Assembly (NCBI GenBank): GCA_047610145.1
Contig: JBLFZF010000019.1
Location: 10,025-34,024 of the forward strand
Length of the DNA: 24,000 nucleotides
Direction of reading: 5' to 3'
Source of the DNA: Salibacteraceae bacterium
Lineage (GTDB): Bacteria > Bacteroidota > Bacteroidia > Flavobacteriales_G > Salibacteraceae
Below the pieces are notes generated by a model. The model made no database searches and had not been told where the DNA came from. It saw nothing but the letters and a program-made list of their open reading frames with translations. Shown here piece after piece: positions 7,518 to 15,470 of the stretch. The position numbers were made by a program, and so were the translations under genes. The first letter of the stretch is position 1, and every line of letters starts with the position of its first letter.

Positions 7518-9893
7518 ATGAAGCTTTTTCTTAGCGCTTTTCTTGCCCTAATTAGTTTACAACTCTTAGCTCAGGAAGCTTATAGTATTCGAGGTAATGT
7601 CAAAGATATTAGAAATGGCGAAGTGGTCATTGGCGCTACCGTATTTCTAGAAAACACGGCTATTGGTTCTCTGACCAATGAATACGGTTTCTTTTCAATT
7701 ACTGCGGCAGCCGGAAGTTATACTTTAAAGGTTTCGTATTTGGGTTATGAGGAGCTGAGTTCCGGAGTAGAATTAAATGTAAATCAGACGTTAAATTTCG
7801 AAATCAAAGAATCGTCCACCGCATTGGATGTGGTGGTTATTACCGCCGAAGAATCTGAACGCGTAAGCATTCGAAAACCTCAAATGGGCGTTTCTAAATT
7901 AAAGGCATCAACCATAAAACAGATGCCCGCAGTCTTGGGCGAGGTTGATATTATTAAATCCATACAGCTTCTGCCGGGCGTTACTAATAATGGAGAAGGA
8001 TCTGCTGGGTTTAATGTACGTGGTGGAGCTGCAGACCAGAACCTTGTTTTATTGGATGAGGCTATTATCTATAATACGTCTCACTTTTTTGGTTTTTTCT
8101 CAGTTTTTAACGCAGATGCCATTAAAGATATCAAACTGTACAAAGGAGACATCCCTGCGAAGTTCGGCGGAAGAGTTTCTTCAGTACTAGATGTTCGACA
8201 GAAGGACGGAAATAGCAAAAATTTTGAACTAAATGGAGGCATTGGGCTTATCTCAAGTAGACTTGCCATCGAGGGGCCGCTTTTTAAAAATAAAGGTTCT
8301 TTTCTTATGGCCGGAAGAACAACATATGCACAACTTTTTACAAAGCAAATAGAGAATCTTAAGGATGATAAAATTTCGTTTTACGATCTGAACTTAAAAA
8401 CGAATTATGAGATCAACGAGAATAACCGTGTCTATCTCTCGGGTTATTTTGGACGAGACACCTTTAATATTGGAAATTTCATAGAGAATAGTTATGGGAA
8501 TATTTCAGGAAATTTACGTTGGAATCATATTTTTAACGACCGTCTTTTCTCTAATGTATCGGTAATATATAGTAAGTACGATTATAAAATTGTACTTGAC
8601 TTTATCCAACTTGATTGGGTTGCAGATATTGAAAACTACAACCTAAAATACGATTTACGATACTATCTATCTGATAAAGTAAAAGTTGATTTTGGAGCTA
8701 GTGGGATAACCTATAATTTGAACCCAGGAGCAATTAAACCATCCACACCAGATTCCCCTATAAATCCATTGACCCTTGATCAGAAAAGAGCATTTGAAGG
8801 TGGCTTATATGTGAGTGCCGAGCATAAGTTATCGAATAAGCTAACGGCTCAATATGGCCTGAGATTTAGTGCTTTTGCGAGATTGGGAGGCCAAGATGTT
8901 GTTGACTATGCTAATGATTTACCGGTTGTATATAATGAAGAAGTTGGAATATATGAAGCAGGCGAAGCTATTGGTTCCACAGCATTTGGAAAGGGGGAAG
9001 CTATTAAAACCTTTTCAAATTTTGAGCCTAGAATCGGGATTGCTTATGAACTGAATGAATCTGCTTCAGTAAAGGCGAACTACACGCGTTCTGCACAGTA
9101 CTTGCATCTTTTGTCAAATACAGCTTCTGTGACACCTTTAGATGTCTGGACGCCAAGCGGAGAGTACATTAAACCGCAGCTATCTAATCAATATTCTGTG
9201 GGTTACTATAAAAATTTCGTGGATGATACCTACACCGTGGAGCTCGAGACCTATTATAAAACAACAGATAATAGAATTGATTATATAAACGGTTCTAACC
9301 TAATAGGAAACAATACTATTGAAACTGAGATTCTCAATGGGGAAGCAAGAGCCTACGGATTAGAAGTTTTACTTAGGAAGAACAAAGGAGATTTTACAGG
9401 ATGGTTGGCCTATACACTATCAAAATCTGAGCAACGCACCTTGGGCGGTAAGGCGGGAGGGCCTGGAATAGCAAATGGTGATTGGTACAATACCGCTTAT
9501 GATAGAACGCATGATGTGTCTTTTACGGGGAGCTATAAATTGACTGATAAATGGCGTTTTGGCACTAACCTAGTGTTTCAAACAGGAAGACCAGTTACCT
9601 ATCCAAATGGCCAATACGAATACGAAGGCTTATCAATTGCAAGCTACTCAATAAGAAACGCAGATCGCTTGGCAGCGTATCATCGTTTAGATATTTCAGC
9701 AACATACACCCCTAATAAAAAACCAAATAGACGTTGGGAGGGTGAATGGAATTTTGGAATCTATAACGTGTACAACCGTCAGAATTCTGCTGCTGTAACG
9801 TTTAATCAAAATACGGAAACAGGGTTGAATCAAGCTACAAGGTTATCGATCTTTGGAATTATACCATCGATCACCTATAATTTTAAATTTTAA
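7518..9893 (+). CDS. TonB-dependent outer-membrane receptor with an N-terminal CarboxypepD_reg-like domain (791 aa from the ATG at 7518)
   Basis: The signal peptide is MKLFLSAFLALISLQLLAQE. A carboxypeptidase-regulatory-like domain follows (YSIRGNVKD...GATVFLENT...GSYTLKVSYLGYEE), then the plug (DVVVITAE...IKQMPAVLGEVDIIKSIQLLPGV). The barrel ends ...ITYNFKF. The 35 extra codons of the track ORF (from GTG 7413) precede the signal peptide and are rejected. Confidence 0.92.
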   Translation: MKLFLSAFLALISLQLLAQEAYSIRGNVKDIRNGEVVIGATVFLENTAIGSLTNEYGFFSITAAAGSYTLKVSYLGYEELSSGVELNVNQTLNFEIKESSTALDVVVITAEESERVSIRKPQMGVSKLKASTIKQMPAVLGEVDIIKSIQLLPGVTNNGEGSAGFNVRGGAADQNLVLLDEAIIYNTSHFFGFFSVFNADAIKDIKLYKGDIPAKFGGRVSSVLDVRQKDGNSKNFELNGGIGLISSRLAIEGPLFKNKGSFLMAGRTTYAQLFTKQIENLKDDKISFYDLNLKTNYEINENNRVYLSGYFGRDTFNIGNFIENSYGNISGNLRWNHIFNDRLFSNVSVIYSKYDYKIVLDFIQLDWVADIENYNLKYDLRYYLSDKVKVDFGASGITYNLNPGAIKPSTPDSPINPLTLDQKRAFEGGLYVSAEHKLSNKLTAQYGLRFSAFARLGGQDVVDYANDLPVVYNEEVGIYEAGEAIGSTAFGKGEAIKTFSNFEPRIGIAYELNESASVKANYTRSAQYLHLLSNTASVTPLDVWTPSGEYIKPQLSNQYSVGYYKNFVDDTYTVELETYYKTTDNRIDYINGSNLIGNNTIETEILNGEARAYGLEVLLRKNKGDFTGWLAYTLSKSEQRTLGGKAGGPGIANGDWYNTAYDRTHDVSFTGSYKLTDKWRFGTNLVFQTGRPVTYPNGQYEYEGLSIASYSIRNADRLAAYHRLDISATYTPNKKPNRRWEGEWNFGIYNVYNRQNSAAVTFNQNTETGLNQATRLSIFGIIPSITYNFKF

Positions 9894-9897
9894 CATT

Positions 9898-10737
9898 ATG
9901 AAATTAGCTAATACGTTTTTGATTCTGATGCTCGTAGTACTTAGTTCATGCGAGGAAATAATTGAGGTCGATTTGCAAGATGAAGCACCTCGTTTGGTCA
10001 TTGAAGCGTCCATTAATTGGGGAAAAGGGACAACTGGAAATGACCAATTGATTAAATTGAATAGGTCTACGCCGTTCTTTGAAACAGGATCAATCACTGC
10101 AGTTGAGGGAGCGATTGTGAGCGTTACAAATGATAGTACGGATGATGTTTTTGTTTTCGCTGATACTGGAGAAGGGAATTACACCACGTCAGAATTCATA
10201 CCCATCCTTAATGACACATATACCTTGGAGGTTATACATGATGGGGAGACGTATACTGCTTCGGAGGCGCTCGTTTCTGTAGCTCCTATTAATGAAATTA
10301 GACAATCGATTGAAGGTGGTTTTAATGATGAAATTATTGATCTCAACCTCTATTTTGACGACCCAGTTAATGAGGAGAATTTTTACTTCTCAAAATTACT
10401 TCGAGATGGTGATACGTTCACAGAATTAAATACATTATCAGATCGCTTTATCGATGGGAATGAGGTGTTTATTATTTTCGAAAAAGATGGCGATAGTGAT
10501 AATGATAGCGAGTTTCTCCCAGGAGATGTTGTGAAAATTGAATTACTTGGTGTTTCGGAGCAGTTTTATGGTTTCATGGAAATATTGATAGAGCAATATT
10601 ACGGAGGTGGCGACCCATTTAGCTCTACTGCTGCTGAAATTAGGGGTAACTGCATAAATTTAACCAATGAGGCTAATTATGCTTATGGCTATTTTAGGTT
10701 GAGTGAAGCAGACATTATTACATATACGGTTGAATAG
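9898..10737 (+). CDS. DUF4249-family lipoprotein, the usual partner of this TBDR class
   Basis: It has a lipobox (LMLVVLSSC-EE) followed by EIIEVDLQDEAPRLVIEASI.... It starts 5 nt after the TBDR stop. The track ORF start at 9853 overlaps the TBDR and is rejected. Confidence 0.8.
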   Translation: MKLANTFLILMLVVLSSCEEIIEVDLQDEAPRLVIEASINWGKGTTGNDQLIKLNRSTPFFETGSITAVEGAIVSVTNDSTDDVFVFADTGEGNYTTSEFIPILNDTYTLEVIHDGETYTASEALVSVAPINEIRQSIEGGFNDEIIDLNLYFDDPVNEENFYFSKLLRDGDTFTELNTLSDRFIDGNEVFIIFEKDGDSDNDSEFLPGDVVKIELLGVSEQFYGFMEILIEQYYGGGDPFSSTAAEIRGNCINLTNEANYAYGYFRLSEADIITYTVE

Positions 10738-10757
10738 GTCATTTCTAGGAGTGTCAC

Positions 10758-10765
10758 TATCTTTG
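10758..10765 (+). promoter_or_regulatory. Candidate -7 box TAtcTTTG lying only 4 nt before the bioF GTG start
   Basis: It is an exact TAnnTTTG match in the 32-nt gap between the DUF4249 gene and bioF. No good -33 element was seen. Confidence 0.35.
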
Positions 10766-10769
10766 ATTT

Positions 10770-11912
10770 GTGCTACCTAAAAAACTGCAACTTAAAATTG
10801 ATAAGCGCATTGAAGAAAACGCGCTTCGAAGCCTAGGAAAACCTAATGATTTAATCGATTTTTCATCGAACGATTATTTAGGATTTAGCGCGTCCGAGGC
10901 CATCTATACACGCACCTTAGAAATCTTAAAAGTATCTAAGCTAGCGGTTAATGGCGCAACAGGGTCTAGGTTGTTAAGTGGGAATCATGCCCTTTATGAA
11001 ACCACCGAAGCAGCCATTGCCAAGTTTCATAATACTGAAAGTGCGCTCATTTTTAATAGCGGTTATAGCGCAAACATTGGCTTTTTTAGTTCCGTGCCAC
11101 AACGAGGAGATATTATTTTGTATGACGAACTATGCCATGCCTCTATTCGTGAAGGGATTCAATTGAGCTCCGCTAACGCGTATAAGTTTAAGCATAATGA
11201 TCTGGATGCTATTGAAAAAAAGTTGTTGGTTCGAGCCCAAGCGAACACTGAAAACGAGGAAATTTATGTAGTCACAGAAGCTGTCTTTTCTATGGACGGT
11301 GATCAACCAGACTTAGCATTAATGATAGCATTGTGTAAAAAACATGGGTGTCGTTTAATTGTTGATGAAGCTCATGCCGTCGGAGTTATTAATGCTGGTC
11401 GCGGCGCTTTATATGCCGTGGAAGCCGCAAATGAGGTGTTTGCTCGTATTGTCACCTTCGGAAAGGCCATGGGTTGTCATGGGGCCGCCATTTTAGGAAG
11501 TGCCACCTTAATCAAATATCTGGTTAATTTTACGCGAAGCTTTATTTATACTACAGGACTGCCACCCCATAACGTTGCTACAGTTCAGGCCGCTTATGAG
11601 GAACTTGAGAAAAGCAGTCATATGGTGGAATTGCTAAAGCGTAATATTGATTTATTACGATTAGTAATACAAGAACGAAGCCTAGAGGAACATTTCATAT
11701 CAAGCGGTTCTGCAATTCATTCATGTGTGATTCGTGGAAATGATCGTGTAAAAGAGGCGTCAAAATTGCTTGCAGAAAATGGGTTTGATGCAAAAGCAAT
11801 AGTATCACCCACCGTGCCTAGGGGTCAAGAGAGATTAAGACTATGTGTTCATAGCTTCAATACTGAAGAAGAAATCACAAAACTTGTAGAACTTATAGCT
11901 ACTTTTGTTTGA
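10770..11912 (+). CDS. bioF: 8-amino-7-oxononanoate synthase (GTG start)
   Basis: It is a class-II aminotransferase fold with the PLP-lysine motif VTFGKAMG, DEAHAVG, and the N-terminal motif FSSNDYLGF. An in-frame stop lies 2 codons upstream of the GTG. Confidence 0.9.
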   Translation: MLPKKLQLKIDKRIEENALRSLGKPNDLIDFSSNDYLGFSASEAIYTRTLEILKVSKLAVNGATGSRLLSGNHALYETTEAAIAKFHNTESALIFNSGYSANIGFFSSVPQRGDIILYDELCHASIREGIQLSSANAYKFKHNDLDAIEKKLLVRAQANTENEEIYVVTEAVFSMDGDQPDLALMIALCKKHGCRLIVDEAHAVGVINAGRGALYAVEAANEVFARIVTFGKAMGCHGAAILGSATLIKYLVNFTRSFIYTTGLPPHNVATVQAAYEELEKSSHMVELLKRNIDLLRLVIQERSLEEHFISSGSAIHSCVIRGNDRVKEASKLLAENGFDAKAIVSPTVPRGQERLRLCVHSFNTEEEITKLVELIATFV

Positions 11913-12319
11913 TGACGCAAGCTTTTACAACTGTCGCGGTTTTTACCTATTCATCTGAAGCGAAAATTATGCAAGGTCGCTTGGAAGCCGAAGGAATACC
12001 TACATTTTTGTTTGACGATTTAATCATCGATACGGATCCTCTTGTAAGTAATGCGATTGGTGGAGTAAAACTTCGAGTTGATTCGGTAAATGCTGAACGA
12101 GCCCAAGAAATTTTAAAATCAATAAGTGAATATTCTCTTGACAATGCTGGAAAGGCTATTGAATGCCCCAACTGTGAAGGAAATAAAATAACATACGCAA
12201 GTACTATTATGGATGTTAAATCCCTCTTTCATTTCATCTTTGGCTTCTTAATTAGTGTTTTACCTTTTTATACGAATTACGAATATACGTGTCAGGATTG
12301 CAATCATAAATTTAGCTAA
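11912..12319 (+). CDS. DUF2007-like (putative signal-transducing, PII-like fold) domain protein with a C-terminal split zinc ribbon and one hydrophobic segment
   Basis: The N-terminal part VAVFTYSSEAKIMQGRLEAEGIPTFLFDD...GGVKLRVDSVNAERAQEIL matches the DUF2007 pattern. It is followed by CPNC, a TM-like stretch LFHFIFGFLISVLPFY, and CQDC. The ATG at 11912 shares a base with the bioF stop (TGATG). Confidence 0.75.
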   Translation: MTQAFTTVAVFTYSSEAKIMQGRLEAEGIPTFLFDDLIIDTDPLVSNAIGGVKLRVDSVNAERAQEILKSISEYSLDNAGKAIECPNCEGNKITYASTIMDVKSLFHFIFGFLISVLPFYTNYEYTCQDCNHKFS

Positions 12320-12321
12320 AC

Positions 12322-12948
12322 ATGAGTCAGACATACTTCATTACTGGAATCTCTACGGAAGTTGGAAAAACGGTTGTTGCTGCTATTGTGACGGAGGCCT
12401 TAGAGGCAGATTACTGGAAACCTATTCAAGCCGGTGAGCTTGACACTAGCGATACGCACAAAGTGAAGGCTTGGATTTCCAATTCAAAAACTGTCTTTCA
12501 TCCTTCGGCATTCGAATTAAACACCCCTATGAGCCCTCATGCAGCTGCAGATATTGACGGTGTAGTTATTTCGAACAAGAAAATTAAGAGGCCTAAAACC
12601 AAAAACAATTTGGTAGTCGAGGGCGCCGGTGGTCTGCTTGTTCCTATAAATGATTCCGAAACGATAGTAGATCTCATTAAAACTACAGATTGTGTGATTG
12701 TGGTTTCAAAGCATTATTTGGGGAGCATCAATCATACACTTTTGACGATTCAGAACTTGAAATCAAAAAAACTAAAGGTCTTTGGAATTATTTTTAATGG
12801 AGCAGAAAATAAAGCCACTGAGAATATTATAGCCAAAATGAGTGGGGTTCCAATTCTAGGTAGGATTGATCAAGAGCCGTTTATTGATACAAATGTAATT
12901 AAGGAATACGCAGATATATTTACACATGAGCTTACAAGAAAGAGATAA
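12322..12948 (+). CDS. bioD: Dethiobiotin synthase
   Basis: It has the P-loop GISTEVGKT and EGAGGLLVPI motifs, and it overlaps bioA by 23 nt. Confidence 0.92.
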   Translation: MSQTYFITGISTEVGKTVVAAIVTEALEADYWKPIQAGELDTSDTHKVKAWISNSKTVFHPSAFELNTPMSPHAAADIDGVVISNKKIKRPKTKNNLVVEGAGGLLVPINDSETIVDLIKTTDCVIVVSKHYLGSINHTLLTIQNLKSKKLKVFGIIFNGAENKATENIIAKMSGVPILGRIDQEPFIDTNVIKEYADIFTHELTRKR

Positions 12949-14191
12949 AAAACATCTGTGGCATCCGCTCACGCAGCATCAAACCGCGTCTGATCCAATT
13001 GCCATAGTGAAGGCCAAAGATGCACTGCTTTGGGACGAAGATGGTAATGAGTACATAGATGGCATTGCTTCGTGGTATACCGCCATGTATGGGCATTGTA
13101 ATGACCATATTGTACTGGCAGTTTCTGAACAATTAAAGCAGCTCGACCAAATTGTTTTCGCTGGATTTACCCATGAACCAGCAATTGAACTTTCCGAAAA
13201 ATTAATGGAAATTCTTCCTGCGAATCAGCAGAAGATTTTTTTCAATGATAATGGCTCTACCGCTGTGGAGGCAGGTATTAAAATGGCACTACAGTTTCAT
13301 TACAATAAGGGACAAAAAAAAGACACTTTAATTGCCTTTGAGGATGGTTTTCATGGAGATACTTTTGGAGCAATGAGTGTTTCAAGCTTGTCTGTTTATA
13401 ATGGCCCATTCGAAGAGTTTTTCCTCAACGTGATTCGGATACCAACACCAAACGAGAACAATCTTGAAAACGTTCTTGAGTTGCTAAGACTTGCTATTGC
13501 TGAAAATAATTGTGCGGCATTTGTATATGAACCCTTAGTTCAAGGGGCAGCGGGAATGAAAATGTACAGTGCAGATGGCTTGGAGGAGATTCTGAAGATT
13601 TGTAATGCACATTCGGTGATCACAATTGCCGATGAGGTGATGACGGGTTTTGGTAAGACAGGGACTCATTTTGCGTCACTTCAGCTTGAAAACTATCCAG
13701 ATATTATGTGCTTGAGTAAGGCACTTACTGCTGGTGTAGCCGCTATGAGTATTACAACATGTACACAAGAAATTTATGATGCTTTTTTAGATGATAGCAT
13801 TGGTAAAGCCTTTTTTCATGCACATACGTATAGCGCTAATCCTTTAGCCTGTGCTGCAGCCATTGCAGGAATTAAGTTATTGACTTCCGAAGAAATCCAA
13901 AAAAACATTAAGCGTATTGAAAATCAGCATTGTGAATTTCTAAAACGAATCTCTAATCATATAAAAATTGGGAGTTCACGGCAGCATGGCGTTATTTTAG
14001 CAATCGATTTAAATATTGAAATGGAGCGTTATGGAGACTTGCGCCTCAAACTCTTCACTCATTTCATAAATGCAGGTATTTTTCTTCGTCCTTTAGGGAA
14101 TACCATCTATATCTTACCTCCCTATGTGATTACTAATAATCAATTGGAGAAAGTATACCAATCCATTGAAGAAGCTTTGGAGATAGTTTAA
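12926..14191 (+). CDS. bioA: Adenosylmethionine-8-amino-7-oxononanoate aminotransferase
   Basis: It is a class-III aminotransferase with HLWHP near the N-terminus, ADEVMTGFGKTG, and the PLP lysine in LSKALTAG. Confidence 0.93.
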   Translation: MSLQERDKKHLWHPLTQHQTASDPIAIVKAKDALLWDEDGNEYIDGIASWYTAMYGHCNDHIVLAVSEQLKQLDQIVFAGFTHEPAIELSEKLMEILPANQQKIFFNDNGSTAVEAGIKMALQFHYNKGQKKDTLIAFEDGFHGDTFGAMSVSSLSVYNGPFEEFFLNVIRIPTPNENNLENVLELLRLAIAENNCAAFVYEPLVQGAAGMKMYSADGLEEILKICNAHSVITIADEVMTGFGKTGTHFASLQLENYPDIMCLSKALTAGVAAMSITTCTQEIYDAFLDDSIGKAFFHAHTYSANPLACAAAIAGIKLLTSEEIQKNIKRIENQHCEFLKRISNHIKIGSSRQHGVILAIDLNIEMERYGDLRLKLFTHFINAGIFLRPLGNTIYILPPYVITNNQLEKVYQSIEEALEIV

Positions 14192-14212
14192 ATTTGTAAT
14201 AAAATATAGCAG

Positions 14213-15367
14213 TTGCCACTACCAATTACCATATCAAGTATTCATTCAGTTTCAGCTTTAGGGAGTTCCCCTGCGGCCATATGGCAAAGCTATCTTGCGA
14301 GGCATGCGTTATTCAATAAAGTTAAAGCCGGAAACGAGGAAGAAATTTGGTGCTCCCAACTTGCTGCCGACTTAGAGCCAGAACTAAATGCACTGCAGCA
14401 AAGAACAGCATACCGTAATTTGGATAGAACTGTTCTACTTGCGATTTTAGCTTCTAAAAAAGCCTTTAGCCAGCGTGAAGTGCAGAAAAACATGGGTGTT
14501 AATATTGGCTCTTCCCGCGGTGCCACCCAATTATTTGAAAAATATCACAAAGAGTTCTTAGCAACAAATCGGGTTTCTGCCTATTCCTCACCGACCACAA
14601 CTTTAGGAAATGTTTCTTCTTGGGTTGCCCAGGAATTAGGCGTCAATGGGGTTTCAATTGATCACTCTGTAACGTGTTCAACAGGCTTGCATGCAGTTTT
14701 AAATGCTATTGCGTGGTTGAAATCAGGCATGGCAACAAGTTTTCTTGTAGGCGGAAGTGAAGCAGCTATTACTCCCTTCACCATCGCACAGATGAAGTCG
14801 CTCAAGCTCTATAGTACTTCGGAAAATTTGTTGGCTTGTGAATCGATGCGTTTCGAAAAGAAAAAAAACACTATGGTTTTGGGTGAAGGAGCTGCCGTTG
14901 CATTATTGGAGCAAGGAATTTCGGAAAGAACACAAGCAATAATTAGTGGATATGGTTTTGCTTCGGAAGTATTGGCCCATAATAGCGCCATTTCGGAAAG
15001 TGCAGATTGCTTTCAGAAATCAATGAAAATGGCTTTACAACAGGCGAATTTGGAAACGGTTGATGCCATTGTGATGCATGCGCCGGGAACTGTGAAAGGT
15101 GACTTAGCAGAAAAGCAAGCCATTGAAATCGTTTTCGAGAAACTGCCCTTATTAACCTCCAATAAGTGGTTAGTGGGACACACCTTCGCAGCATCTGGAA
15201 TGCTCAACATGGAGATGGCCGTATTGATGTTGCAAAACAATAAGTTTATTGAAAATCCATTTTTCGCGAATGCGAGAGACCTTCCGAAGGAACTAAAAAC
15301 CATCATGGTAAACGCAGTTGGCTTTGGAGGAAATGCTGTTTCCATAATTTTGCAAAAAGCGCATTAG
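14213..15367 (+). CDS. Beta-ketoacyl synthase, KAS I/II (FabF/FabB-like) fold with a Cys-His-His triad, embedded in the biotin operon (TTG start)
   Basis: The active-site Cys155 lies in HSVTCSTGLHA (codon 14675-14677). His289 lies in MHAPGT. Lys318 and His323 lie in SNKWLVGHTFAASG (compare FabF STKSMTGHLLGAAG). The C-terminus has NAVGFGGNAVSIIL. At 384 aa it is somewhat shorter than housekeeping FabF. Confidence 0.85.
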   Translation: MPLPITISSIHSVSALGSSPAAIWQSYLARHALFNKVKAGNEEEIWCSQLAADLEPELNALQQRTAYRNLDRTVLLAILASKKAFSQREVQKNMGVNIGSSRGATQLFEKYHKEFLATNRVSAYSSPTTTLGNVSSWVAQELGVNGVSIDHSVTCSTGLHAVLNAIAWLKSGMATSFLVGGSEAAITPFTIAQMKSLKLYSTSENLLACESMRFEKKKNTMVLGEGAAVALLEQGISERTQAIISGYGFASEVLAHNSAISESADCFQKSMKMALQQANLETVDAIVMHAPGTVKGDLAEKQAIEIVFEKLPLLTSNKWLVGHTFAASGMLNMEMAVLMLQNNKFIENPFFANARDLPKELKTIMVNAVGFGGNAVSIILQKAH

Positions 15368-15457
15368 ACAACCTTGCTGGATTTCACTATTAAGACTTCC
15401 TTGATAAATCGTTGATTATTTTTTTCATTTCTATAAAAACCTCGTCATCCTTTTTAT

Positions 15458-15465
15458 TATTTTTG
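15458..15465 (+). promoter_or_regulatory. Candidate -7 box TAttTTTG lying 5 nt before the bioB ATG
   Basis: It is an exact TAnnTTTG match in the 103-nt KAS-bioB gap. No -33 element was seen. Confidence 0.35.
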
Positions 15466-15470
15466 ACACT

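Noticed and set aside
7945-9054. Small track ORFs in alternative frames or strand within the TBDR (7945-8190 +, 8081-8269 -, 8869-9054 +)
   Set aside because: They are embedded in a strongly supported 791-aa receptor gene, and their sequences are featureless.
10738-10769. BirA/BioR-type biotin operator upstream of bioF, and also upstream of bioB (15368-15470)
   Set aside because: No palindrome of the TTGTAAACC-N-GGTTTACAA type, nor any other dyad symmetry of 6 bp or more, was visible in either region.
14290-15345. Four minus-strand ORFs (78, 60, 83 and 110 aa) inside the ketoacyl-synthase gene
   Set aside because: They are antisense shadows of a well-supported CDS with no motifs. They overlap each other in different frames.
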